64,000 bases of DNA from Paraspadella gotoi (taxonomy: Eukaryota; Animalia; Chaetognatha), in the NCBI GenBank assembly GCA_051294375.1, contig CM119264.1, forward strand, positions 29,128,204 through 29,192,203, in the 5' to 3' direction. The position numbers and the translations under genes are program-made. The notes below the pieces were generated by a model, which ran no database searches, was not told the DNA's origin, and saw nothing but the letters and a program-made list of their open reading frames with translations. Below, piece after piece: positions 53,086-64,000 of this stretch; within the stretch, counting starts at the first letter, position 1, and each line of letters begins with the position of its first letter.

Positions 53086-53463
53086 AACCAAGGTCGATGC
53101 CAGGCGTCGACCATCAACTTGATTTTTTGTATTTCTCGATGTTTGGTCCTATATTCATCAAATCTTAATGTGTGAAACTGGAGAGAGAGCAAGAGACGAA
53201 CAACCCTAGTTGTCCCGCTACCCGGCGAGTACAGTACATAACCAGCACAAGATGTCACCTCGACTGGGCCCTGCTGAGACGCGCCGAATGCGATCGGAGC
53301 TGAGCGTCCTGGGACAGCGAGAGTGCATGACCCAGTTGCGGAAGACGCGAGATCACGGGAAGGAAGTGCTCGTGGACGATCCATGCCAGACGTAACGAGA
53401 GACGAGACTAGAGAGAGAGAGAAGAAGAAGAGAGAGAGGAGAGAGAGAAGACGAGAGAGAGAG

Positions 53464-53546
<83 letters not shown>

Positions 53547-53788
53547 GAAAGAGAGACGAAAAGGAGAGAGAGAGGAGAGAGAGAGAGAGAGACAGGAGAG
53601 AGTTTAAAAAAAGAGAGAAAGAGAGAGAGACAGTCCTTTCCCAAAAAAGAAAAAGAATTGATGAAATAAAAGAGAAAATGAAAAATGAATTTGGTCTCCG
53701 GAGCAAAACAATTCCGAATTTCGAAGCCGCAGAAAAACATAGAAATGAAAAAAAAAATAAACGTGAATGGAATCGTCTCTTCGATGGA

Positions 53789-53808
53789 ACCGTTACCATG
53801 GTAACGGT
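53789..53808. promoter_or_regulatory. Perfect palindromic X-box (RFX) motif
   Basis: accGTTACCATGGTAACggt, a 20-bp perfect palindrome. Confidence 0.4.
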
Positions 53809-53896
53809 ATTTGTTTCGATACTGAATTTGAAACATTTCTCACACCGACGTTTTTTTTAATTTCGTAAACTTGACAACGATAAGAACGACAACAAC

Positions 53897-53947
<51 letters not shown>

Positions 53948-54503
53948 AAAGATTCAACGTGGAAATAGTTCTTTGCCCCGATCGGCGTTTGGTTCGACGC
54001 CAGGACGCAAGGGAATCGTCTGCTTAACCAAATGTATGCCGAGTTTTAGAGTCCGCGCCGCCGCCGCCGCCACCGCCGTCACCACCGCAGCAGCAGCTGC
54101 CCAAGGACGAAGGCACGCCTCCCCTGGATGGCGTCATCGTTTTCCGCTCATCCGTGACATCGTTTGACCGAGAAACGCCACGCGTGACGTTCCCCTCTAA
54201 CCGCCCCCCCCCTGCGCCACCCGGTGACGTTTCCTGTTTCGCGTCCGTTTGGACGTTTTTTGACGTCGCGAGGGTTTTTAGCCTTTTCACCTCGAGAGGG
54301 CGTGGAACGTTTCCATCATGGCGTTCTGAGACTCTCTCGGTGAGAAATCATTTTTTTTTCGGTCGTCAAAAGTCATTTTTATATGAAATTGGTACAACCA
54401 ATACAAAATTATCTGGTCATTTAATAAAATAAATTTAAATGCTCAGCAGATTCCAAAACGAAAGTTTTTAGTATTTTTTACAACGATTTTTATTACAGAG
54501 TAT

Positions 54504-54542
54504 TGGACATGTTTCGACTCTTATTTTTCGAGTCCTCATCAT
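54504..54542 (-). ncRNA. Truncated/mutated hammerhead motif (inverted copy)
   Basis: Reverse complement reads aTGATGA g GACTC gaaaaataa GAGTC GAAA CATGTC ca. The first core C is missing exactly where the inverted arm ends. Confidence 0.55.
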
Positions 54543-54577
54543 AAAACTTTATGATTGTAAAAATTACAACTGTCAAA

Positions 54578-54620
54578 TGCTGATGAAGACTTGAAAAACA
54601 AGAGTCGAAACATGTCCAAT
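54578..54620 (+). ncRNA. Minimal type-I hammerhead ribozyme motif (helix I short)
   Basis: tg CTGATGA a GACTT gaaaaacaa GAGTC GAAA CATGTC ca; AATAAA at 54628-54633 follows. Confidence 0.65.
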
Positions 54621-55667
54621 ACTCGGTAATAAAAATTGTTGTAAAAAATACTAAAAACTTTTGTTTTCGAATCTGCTGAGCATTTTAATTTATTTTATTA
54701 AATGACTAGATAATTTTATATTGGTTGTACCAATTTCATATAAAAATGACTTTTGACGACCGAAAAAAAAAGATCTTATTGAACAACGAAAAGAGAGAAA
54801 ATTACACAAATTAAAATGCTATATATATCTTGCTATTTAAATATTGCTTTATTTTAGTTTTCGTTAAATAAAAACAAAAGTCTTATTTTTGGTTTTACTG
54901 TTCCTCCATTTTTTTTTCTGCAGATTATATTATCATTTTTTATATTATACATTTTAGATGTTGGTAAAAAGGTTTTCCTTATCAATTCGGTCGATAAAAG
55001 TTAATTAGATTATTAACTTCTCGCGTTTTTTTTTCAAAGCGAGTTAATTTCCTCGCTGCTGGCTTCGCCATTTTGTAAAACGCTTTGGCGATTCACTATG
55101 ACTATAAAATTAAGCATTTTTTTAGCTAAAAATTTTTAAAATTATTTTTTTAATTTAAACTTAATCTTTTAAAATAGTAATTAGAAAATATATATTATTA
55201 AAAAACGATTTTTTATTAATAAAAATATTTTAAGTTTTAAATTAAATTTTGAATTCAAAAGGCATTTACTTGCTATATCACGACCACTGATATCTCTTTC
55301 TTCTATCTCTTTTCCTTTTCTAGTATCGATTACTAAGCACTCCTTCTGTTACAAAGGCTGATCGTCCTGAGTTAATCCTGGATTAATGGGTCTATAAATT
55401 TGTCTACTCGCTGCTGAACAGAGTTTATGTCCGACTAAATGGACCCAGAGTGAGTTAAACGTTCTGGAGTCCAGAGTCGGGCCACTTTTTTTCTCCCCCA
55501 ACGAGTAATTGGCGAATTCCAAGTGTATAAAAGATTAGATTAATCTTGTTTTCTGCATCGTTATAATGATATTTTTCTTACTTTTTTCTGCTAAATATAA
55601 AAATCTCTCTCTCTCTCTCTTTCTCTCTCTCACTAGCTCTCTCTTTCTCTTTCTCTCTCTCACCCTC

Positions 55668-55773
<106 letters not shown>

Positions 55774-56929
55774 CATCAAACTCCCTCCAAAAAAGAGATC
55801 CGCCAGGGAAAGGTTCCTTCTGTTCCGACCTTTTTTTTTCCTCTTCCTCTTCTTCTTCTCATCGGAAAAACATTGTCTCTCTCCTCTTCCTCCTCATCCT
55901 TGGATCCCAGATGGGAATCGGAACCAATTAGTATCTTTGTGTTCTTAAGCTCACCCCCCACGCCCCCCCACTTCCCCCCTATCTTCCACCTTCGCCACCA
56001 TCCCGACCTCACCACCTCCCACCTCAGTTTCTAACCTTCATCCGCCCCAAATCCATCCCGCATTAATTTTAACTTAATCGGCCACGTTTTCGAAAAGCGC
56101 CTGATTTCAGTGTAAAAGTTGAGGATTGAATAAGATTTAGGGATTTGGTTAGTGAATAAGGATTAGTGCTGAGTGTTAAGATATATTATGATTAACTTAC
56201 GGGATTTAGAACAAAATTGTGACGCAATCCGAAAATATTGCCAATCTATCTTATTTATCAATAAAACTCGTGTGATTGAATTTAAAAACGTTAGACGTTC
56301 AGTACGATGAAGAAAGTGACTTAGTGACTTTTCCCCTTTGGCTAAAAAAAAAACTTTTTTAGGTCATCGTAAGTTTGAGTGAGAAATCACTTTTTGACTC
56401 TTTTCTTTTCGTGTGAAGATCACCAAATTCCGTCAGAGTGACTTAGTAAAATGTGACAAAGAAAAGTGAAGTAGAAGATATTCAGTTGTTGACAAGATTT
56501 GGTTGTATACGTAATTTTGTTATTTTATTGATTTGTTGTTGTTTTCTTGTTTTTTCAGTTGTTGTCGTTGTTGTTGTTGTTGTTGTTGTTGTTGTCAATT
56601 TTTCACTTCTATCAATCGTTTCAATCGTTGTCCTTTTTTTTTTAAAGTTGTGGTCGTTGCGTTTGTGGTTTAACCTCCTTGTGGTCTTTGTGGTTAAACA
56701 GTAAACACTAAACACTAAACAGTCTCGGCGAAGCAGAAAAACAAAGAAGAGATTAATTTCCTTTTATTTTCTTTCTCCTGATTTCATCTTCGTCGAGTGA
56801 CGTCCAGGCTGATCTTTCTGCTCCTTGGAATCTTAGCGCATGCGCAGAGGTTGCTAAGAAGGATGTAACAAAGTCTTATCGGTTTGAGGATGAACGGAGA
56901 GAGAGAGGAGAGAGAGGGAGGGAAGAGAA

Positions 56930-56962
<33 letters not shown>

Positions 56963-58486
56963 GAGAAGAGAGAGAGAGGAGGAGAGAGAGAGAGGAGGGA
57001 AGGAGAGAGAGAGAGAGAGACAATGGGGAGACGCATCTGTGAGGAAGAAGTCAAAACAAATGGCGGAGGAAACGATGTGAAAACTCGTTTGTGAAAAATG
57101 TCCGAAAGAAAAATGATTAAATTGAAGAAAAGTGAAAAGTGAAAAGTGATAAAAAAAAAGAAAGAAAATGATGCAGACAGCATCGTACAGGAAACCGTAC
57201 AGATAGATGATGCAGAGAGGATCGTACAGGAAACCGTACAGATAGACAAACGTTTGATCAAAATGTGTTTAGTTAAATCAAATATTTACAACTTAATAAA
57301 AGATTATGTACTTATATTTTGTTTCTTAAGAGCGGAAGAAATTTGGCATTTTTAATAAATAACACCGGTTCACAGTAAAAGCTGTTACAAACCTTGAACT
57401 CTCTTTTATTAATTTGTATTGTTTTTCTACAAAGTTAAAGATACAATTTTTTGTAATAGAATATTTTTGTTCATTCTCCTTTACAAAATGTAATGAAAAA
57501 AGTTGTGATATGTAATAGTATGTAATAGTATGTTAGTGATATTAGTAACGTAGTGAGATGCAGCCATCAACAAAGCAAATAAAAAACACAATCAACAACA
57601 ACAGCAATGACGACGACAACGACGACGACAACGACTCAACGAGGAACCTGCGATTTAGTCGTCGTTCCTCTCCTGCAGAAGCCAACGGAGGCAAGCAAAG
57701 AAGCAAGCAATCGGCGATGAGATGCTTTCCTCGGCAATAAAGGGGAACAGTTCCGATTAGGCGAAGGTTTTCTTCCTTCAGTCGACATGAAGATAAACTA
57801 CGCGAAAAAAAAAACAAATAAAAATAAAAATAACAATTAAAATTGAAATTAGGGAGAGACGGAAGCCCGAGTCGTTAAAGAGCGTGTGAATTTATTTCCT
57901 TTTTTTACAGGGTGGTCCAGCTCTTTTCGGAAAAACAGTTGAAAACGCGTTTAGATAAAAAAAAAAAAAAAAACATGGCTCCTGCATAACTGTCCACTTC
58001 CAGATCGCAAAACATTTTTCAATGGATGCTTGCAGAACGTCATCACCGCCGAGGGTTCATTTTTTTGACCTTGACAATTTTTACCTTTCGTACAAATTTT
58101 GATTCCAATGCAATATCATTTACTCATCCAATAATATTTGTTAATATTTTCCGAACAGAGCTGGACCTCCCTGTACCCGGTTCGTTTACTCGTCTACCTC
58201 AGTTTTTCTTTTCTCTTTTCTTTTATTTACTTATGCTTCCTTAATCTTTTCTAACAAAATTTCCTCTTAATTTATTTCCTATCTTCTTTTCCTTTTCCAT
58301 TTTCTTTTCTTTTCTTTCTTCCTTCCATTTTCCTTTTTTTTATCTCTTCATCTTTTCAATCTTTTCTTTTTCCTTCATTCTTTTAACTTCCCTCTCCATT
58401 ACTGGCAAAAAAAAATCATCCTTTTGACACAACACAATAGGCTCACCTTCATTGTAAGTTCATCTTCAACCCACCTAGTAGTATAT

Positions 58487-58619
<133 letters not shown>

Positions 58620-59232
58620 TACTTATATATCTTTCCCGCTGCCTCTTTCTGTTTTTTTTCTCCCCGTGACTTTAATGACATCCAAGCAGAAAACCCATCA
58701 GGTCCACTACGATTCGAGAACGAGGAAGAAGAAGTAGAGGAAGAAGAGGAGGAGAAAGAGAGGAAGAGGAAGAAGGGGAGGAAGTGGGAGAAAAGGAGGA
58801 AGAAGAAGAAGGGTAAGAAGAGGAAGAGGAAGAAGCGAGGAAAAGGAAGAAGGGAAGAAAGAAGAATAAAAAGAAGGGGAAAAGAGGAAGAAGGGGAGAA
58901 AGAGGAAGAGGAAGAAGAAGCAGAGGAGGAAGAGGAAGAGAAAAAACAGTAAAAATAATAGATAAATAGTAGAAAATGAAAAGAAAGAAGGGTAAAAAGG
59001 TAGTTGAAAATAATAAAAAAAATAAATATACGGAGTGAGGAGAAAAGAAAGGAAAAAGTGAGTGAAGGTTTGGAGGGAGGAAGAAAAAAAAGGGAAAAGA
59101 TGCGCATTGAGAAAAAGAAATAAGGAAAAGAGAAAATAAAAATAAAAAAAAGGAAAAAAGGAAAAAAAAAGGTTTCTCCGCGATTCTTTAAACATCTTCG
59201 AACGTCGTTATGGCCATTCAGAAGGCCAGAGT

Positions 59233-59339
<107 letters not shown>

Positions 59340-59836
59340 TTCCCCTTCCCCCGCGCTGCATTATCCCCGATCGTCAGCCTCCGCCCCACAGTTCGTTCTC
59401 CTCGTTACTTTTCAACATGGCGGCCGCTGCGGAGGATTCTGCGGCTGCAGCGGCGGCGGCTGCTGTGGCAGCAGGGATCTGCGTTGGTCAGAGTTAAGGG
59501 TTGTTGTTGTTGTCGTTCCCGTGAATTTTTTTGGTTGTCGTCGTTGTTTTTATGTCTTCGAAATCGTAAACCTTTTCAAAGTTCGCTAAACTATTTTTCC
59601 TGTTTATTAATTTCGCCTTTGCTAATATTAAAAATTTGTTCAAAACTTATAACCTTATTTCAATTGTAGATGTTTACAGGGGTATTGTCAGTCGTTATAA
59701 GAGCAGAATAGACAGATAGACAGATAAGCTGGTGAAGGCTTGAAAAAACAATTCTGAATAAAAGAAATTGTTGTTTGTAAACAATATCTAGAATTTCCTC
59801 GGTCCTTTTAATGTCAAACACAACGAAGAGAGAAAG

Positions 59837-60247
59837 AAACAAAAACGGTAATTCAAATGTGTTGCGTCTATTTCCCGGGACATGACGTGACAAGACATGA
59901 CGTGACGTGACATGACGTGACATAACATGACTACATGACTACAATAACTTTCTTAGCCCGTGTATTTATGACATGCACTTCATCTATATTCCGAATTTTA
60001 TTCTATTTTAGTTTTAGAATTTCCTGAAGGCGACGCTTGCAGTCATTTTGAGGCTTTTTCCTGTCTTAAAAAAAGAGCAACCAACTATAGGGAAATTATA
60101 TGGACTTTTAACGTAAGTGAGACAGACCGATGGACAGACATACTGACCGACGGACCGATGGATCGACAGACCGACCGACCGACCGACAGACCGACCGAAA
60201 AGTGACTTATTGAGTTGCTCCGCGAGTACTCGCGGCGTAACTAAAAA
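59837..60247 (+). mobile_element. Helentron/DINE-1-like non-autonomous element (HINE), best-preserved copy
   Basis: Starts aaacaaaaa...attcaaatgtgttgcg. Contains internal (CATGA/CGTGA)n and a (GACC/GACA)n microsatellite, then aaagtgacttattgagttgc, a perfect 16-bp palindrome ccgcgagtactcgcgg (60220-60235) and a terminal taactaaaaa. Homologous copies at 38.8-39.1 kb and 52.6-52.7 kb. Confidence 0.65.
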
Positions 60248-61054
60248 CAAACAGTCTACGAATCAGGATAATAAAACTCAAATTTTCTTCGTAGTCAGAA
60301 CATTGCTTTTATTTTAATAAATAGGATTTTTAAAACGTATTTAATCATTTATTACCGACTGTGCCTTTTTAATAAAACCGTCGACGATTTTAGAAATTAA
60401 CATATTTAATCAAATTTCATTCGGTTTTTAATACGATTAATTTTTAAAGACCTCGAGACCTCGCGACCTCGTTTCCGATTTTCTAATCAGCCGCATCAGC
60501 GTGGCATCAGCGGGAGCAGCGCCGCATTAACAACAGCCGCGGCGCAGGACGGCAATCAGCGCCGCAGTCGAGACCAACGCTTCTGCTCGCCTCGTTCTCA
60601 ACTCCGGATTCGATCCCTGTTCAAAACCAGATTCAAATCTTTGGCTCCGCATTTTTTTTATCATGAGGCACCTCAAATTTCATCCTTTGGGCACCGCAAG
60701 CGCCTTCGTGAGCGCCGCATCGTCGACATCCAGTCTCTCTTCAAAGTCAAACTAAACCTTCCAAAGCTGAAGAAATCTATCGGAACAGAAACTTGTTCCT
60801 CACCATCGCGTTATCACACTTTTCGCCATTCCCCCACGCCGCCCTTTTAATCCCCCCCCCTCCTTCCCCCCCTTTGTTCCCCCCTCCTAAATCAACACCC
60901 CCCCACTCCCCCCTCTTTTTATCGGTCGACGGCGTCGCTTTCGAGTTTCGCGATTGAAAAACAAAAAAGCAACGAAGACGAAGAACGCGCCATCTTTAGT
61001 TTTTTTTTTCTTCTTCGGCTTTAAAAGCGTAAACAAAATCGTGGAGAGTAGAGT

Positions 61055-61108
<54 letters not shown>

Positions 61109-62559
61109 CGAGCCTTTTCTGTTTTTCTTTCCTACTTTACGATTTTAATCGGTTGTAAGAAGGAGAGAAAGACCCGTCTGTTTTTCATCTTCATTTTTAT
61201 CCATCTGTCTGCCTATGTTTTCTGTCTGTTTGTTCGCATTCGTTTGGTTGCTTGGTGTGCTTAGTTGCCTGGTGTGCTTGGTTCCTTGGAGTGCTTTTCC
61301 TTAATGAATTTGTTCGTTTTTTTGTCCTTTTGTTTTTGTAATAAATTTATTTCTATTTTTTTTTAAATTAAGAATGAAATTGATATAACGATAATCATGC
61401 ATTCATTTATTCAAATATGTTATTTAATGGATAAATCAAAAATGTGTCCCTTTTGTTTTCCTATTTTTAATTGGACCGTCGTAAAAATGGCTAGCCAAAG
61501 GACAGGTACCCTTAATCGGCCAAACAGGGTTTTGTCTCCCTCTCATCCCTGTTTAATTATCTAAAAGTTCATTCGTGTTTTACCTCGAAATCTTTCTTTC
61601 GTTCGATCCGTATTTCCCTGTATACTTAGGCGATTTCCCTGTACAACATATTCTCTCGCTCTTCGATGGTTCGAGACGAAAATAAAAAGAGAAACTTTGC
61701 CCTTTTTGGTCATATTTTTTAAAAGTGACCTGTTTCAGTTTAAATTCGTATTTAATCAAGTTTAAAAATTAGTTTAGGGAATAACGATAAGGATTAGGTT
61801 CTGCATTTAGTTAGATATTTGGTTTATGATTAAGGTTAAGAATTAAGGTTAGGAATTAATGTTTATGGTTAGCGGATATTATTAAGAATCTGAGTTTGAT
61901 TGTAAAGATTAAGGTGAAAGATTATGTTAGCAATGAGAGCGATTAATTATATTAAGCATTTGGAAAAGGATGAATCTTAAATATTTAAATTAAAAATTAA
62001 TCTTAAGGATCGGGCATAGTAATGGGGCACTTTGGGAAAATAGTGCAGAGTTTTTAATCTCGACTAAAGAGTTTTTCTTGTTTACGGTTAAGATGGCGCC
62101 GCTGGACGAGTAAAGGGTTCCTTGGAGACACGGCCGCCGCCGTAGGCCGCCGCCGTAGGCCGCCGCCGCCGCAGGCCGCCGCTTCAATCTCGGCGAAGAA
62201 CCTTTTTTTTCTTTTCACCTTTTGTCTCTTCTTCTCGTTTATGGGTTTCGCCTGTTTAATGAACGAGCATCGAACGAGGAAGCGTAAAACCTTCTCACCT
62301 TTTCTCTTCTCTTTTCTTTTATGTCTTTTGTTCTTTTGTTATTTTTTAAAAATGGTAATTTTGTTTCTTTAGTAATTTTACTAAACATTGGGGATTTGTT
62401 TTTGTTTTTTTTACCGATAAATTTTATAATAGCTAATTCAGAAGGCTTGGGTTAGACAGAATGTTGGGTTTATACGTTTATATGTTTATACGTTTATATG
62501 TTTTTATATTCAATTTGAAATCATAGGTTCATTCACTTATTTAATCATCTCGATCGTGC

Positions 62560-62906
62560 CTTTGATTCATTATTCATTCAATGATTCATTGATTTATTCT
62601 TTCATTCAATTATTCATTCAAATATTCATTCATTCATTCTTCCATTTATCTAACTATTCCTATATTTATTAATTTAATTATTATTATTATTATTTCTTTC
62701 ATTCATCATTCCAACTCATTCATTCATTCTTTCATCCTTTCATTCATTCATTCATTCATTCATTCATTCATTCATTCATTCATTCATTCATTCATTCATT
62801 TATTCATTCATTCATTCATTCATTCATTCATTCATTCATTTATTCATTCATTCATTCATTCATTCATTCATTCATTCATTCTTTCATTCATTCATTCATT
62901 TATTCA
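62560..62906. repeat. (CATT)n microsatellite
   Basis: Long near-perfect cattcattcatt tract. Confidence 0.95.
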
Positions 62907-62975
62907 ATACCAACTCGTCTTTCTTCGTCTTTCATCCGTCGATCTTTCCTTTCATCTCTTTTTTTGCCCGAAGAC

Positions 62976-63027
<52 letters not shown>

Positions 63028-63100
63028 TTCTCTCTCTCTCTCTCTCTCTTCTCTTCTCTCTCTCTTTCTCTCTCTCTTCTCTCTCTCCCTCTCTCTCTCT

Positions 63101-63133
<33 letters not shown>

Positions 63134-64000
63134 ATCTTCTCTCTCTCTCTCTGGATCTTCTTTTTCCCTCTTCTTCTCGCTCTCATCTGTCTCCGTCTTC
63201 TCACTGTATCTTCCATATCTTTTTGTTCCGCGAAATCGAAATTACGAAAGATAATCGATTGAGAAGAAATGGAGAGGAATCGACGGGATTGGGAAGGGAA
63301 GAGGGAGGGAGGGGGGGAGGAAGGAGAAGGGGAGGGAAGGGAGAGGGGAGGGAGAATGATGGAGAGGAAGAGAGAGGGAGAGGAACGGGGAGGGGAATAG
63401 TGGAGAGAGAGAGGGAGAGGGAGGGAAGAAGGAGGGGGGAAGAGAGAGAGGGAGTGAGGAGGGAGAAAAGGGGGAATAGGGAGAGGGAGGTGAGAGGGGA
63501 GAGAAGGGGAGGGAAGGATACATGGGAGGAGGGGGAGGGAGGGGAGAAAAGAGGAGAGAAAAAAAGAAAGAAAGGGGAGGAAGAAGGATGTAATGGAGAG
63601 TAGGGGAAAGGACAGAAGGATGAGGAACGGAAGAGAAAAAGAGGAGGAAGAGAAAGTAAGAGAAGAAAGAAAAGAAGGAAGGGTGGGAAGGAGAAAAAGA
63701 GAAGTCTGCGGAAAATGGCAGAGATTATCTAGGGAGAGGATAAACGAGACCAAGGGAGAATAAAATCTTTGAGAAATAATGAAGCTTCGCTGGTGACAAA
63801 AAAAATAAGATTAGCAAAAAAAATAAAAAAAATAATTTAATCCTGACGCTTAAGATGGCAATTAAACTCAACGGTTTCTAAGATGACGTTCGGATCATCT
63901 TCACAGTTGGTGATTGCAATGATTTGGAATGCAATGATCTCTCAGTTGTCTATTTATAATCTATTTATCATTATCATCATCATCATCATCATCATCAATC

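Larger units (their letters stand above)
54351..54771. mobile_element. Fold-back element: ~190-bp inverted arms carrying hammerhead motifs (Penelope-like pseudo-LTR inversion or MITE)
   Basis: Arms 54351-54541 and 54581-54771 with a 39-bp spacer; about 10 substitutions by eye, mostly transitions, and no evident indels. Confidence 0.8.

Noticed and set aside
53170-53400. Complex-looking GC-rich stretch with short ORFs
   Set aside because: No splice signals or recognisable domain; resembles the low-quality bursts next to error-ridden AG tracts.

Overview
Eukaryotic, almost certainly animal (invertebrate-like: large GT-AG introns, CpG not visibly depleted, TTAGGG-like motifs), genomic DNA. It is dense in (AG)n, (GAC/ATC)n, (CATT)n and pyrimidine/purine low-complexity tracts and has about 23 N-gaps. 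Nearly all ORF-track entries are translated simple repeats. The one well-supported gene is a minus-strand immunoglobulin-superfamily (IgSF) cell-surface or secreted protein. I reconstructed 7 exons (44168 down to 5587); the five fully visible junctions are phase-consistent. It encodes a signal peptide, a V/I-set domain, a C2-set domain and two atypical Ig-like domains; the 3' end is not recoverable. Non-coding highlights: (1) three minimal type-I hammerhead ribozyme motifs of the Penelope-like-element/retrozyme kind, two of them forming a ~190-bp-arm inverted pair at 54.35-54.77 kb; (2) a Helentron/DINE-1-like non-autonomous family; (3) two near-perfect hairpins; (4) several degenerate minisatellites each built on one transcription-factor motif (RFX X-box, ETS, E-boxes, CCAAT, GC-box). 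Several stretches (1-4.5 kb, 8.0-10.2 kb, 28.3-35.7 kb) look like uncorrected long-read gap-fill and false duplications. No rRNA, complete tRNA, CRISPR array or intact transposase/RT ORF is seen.
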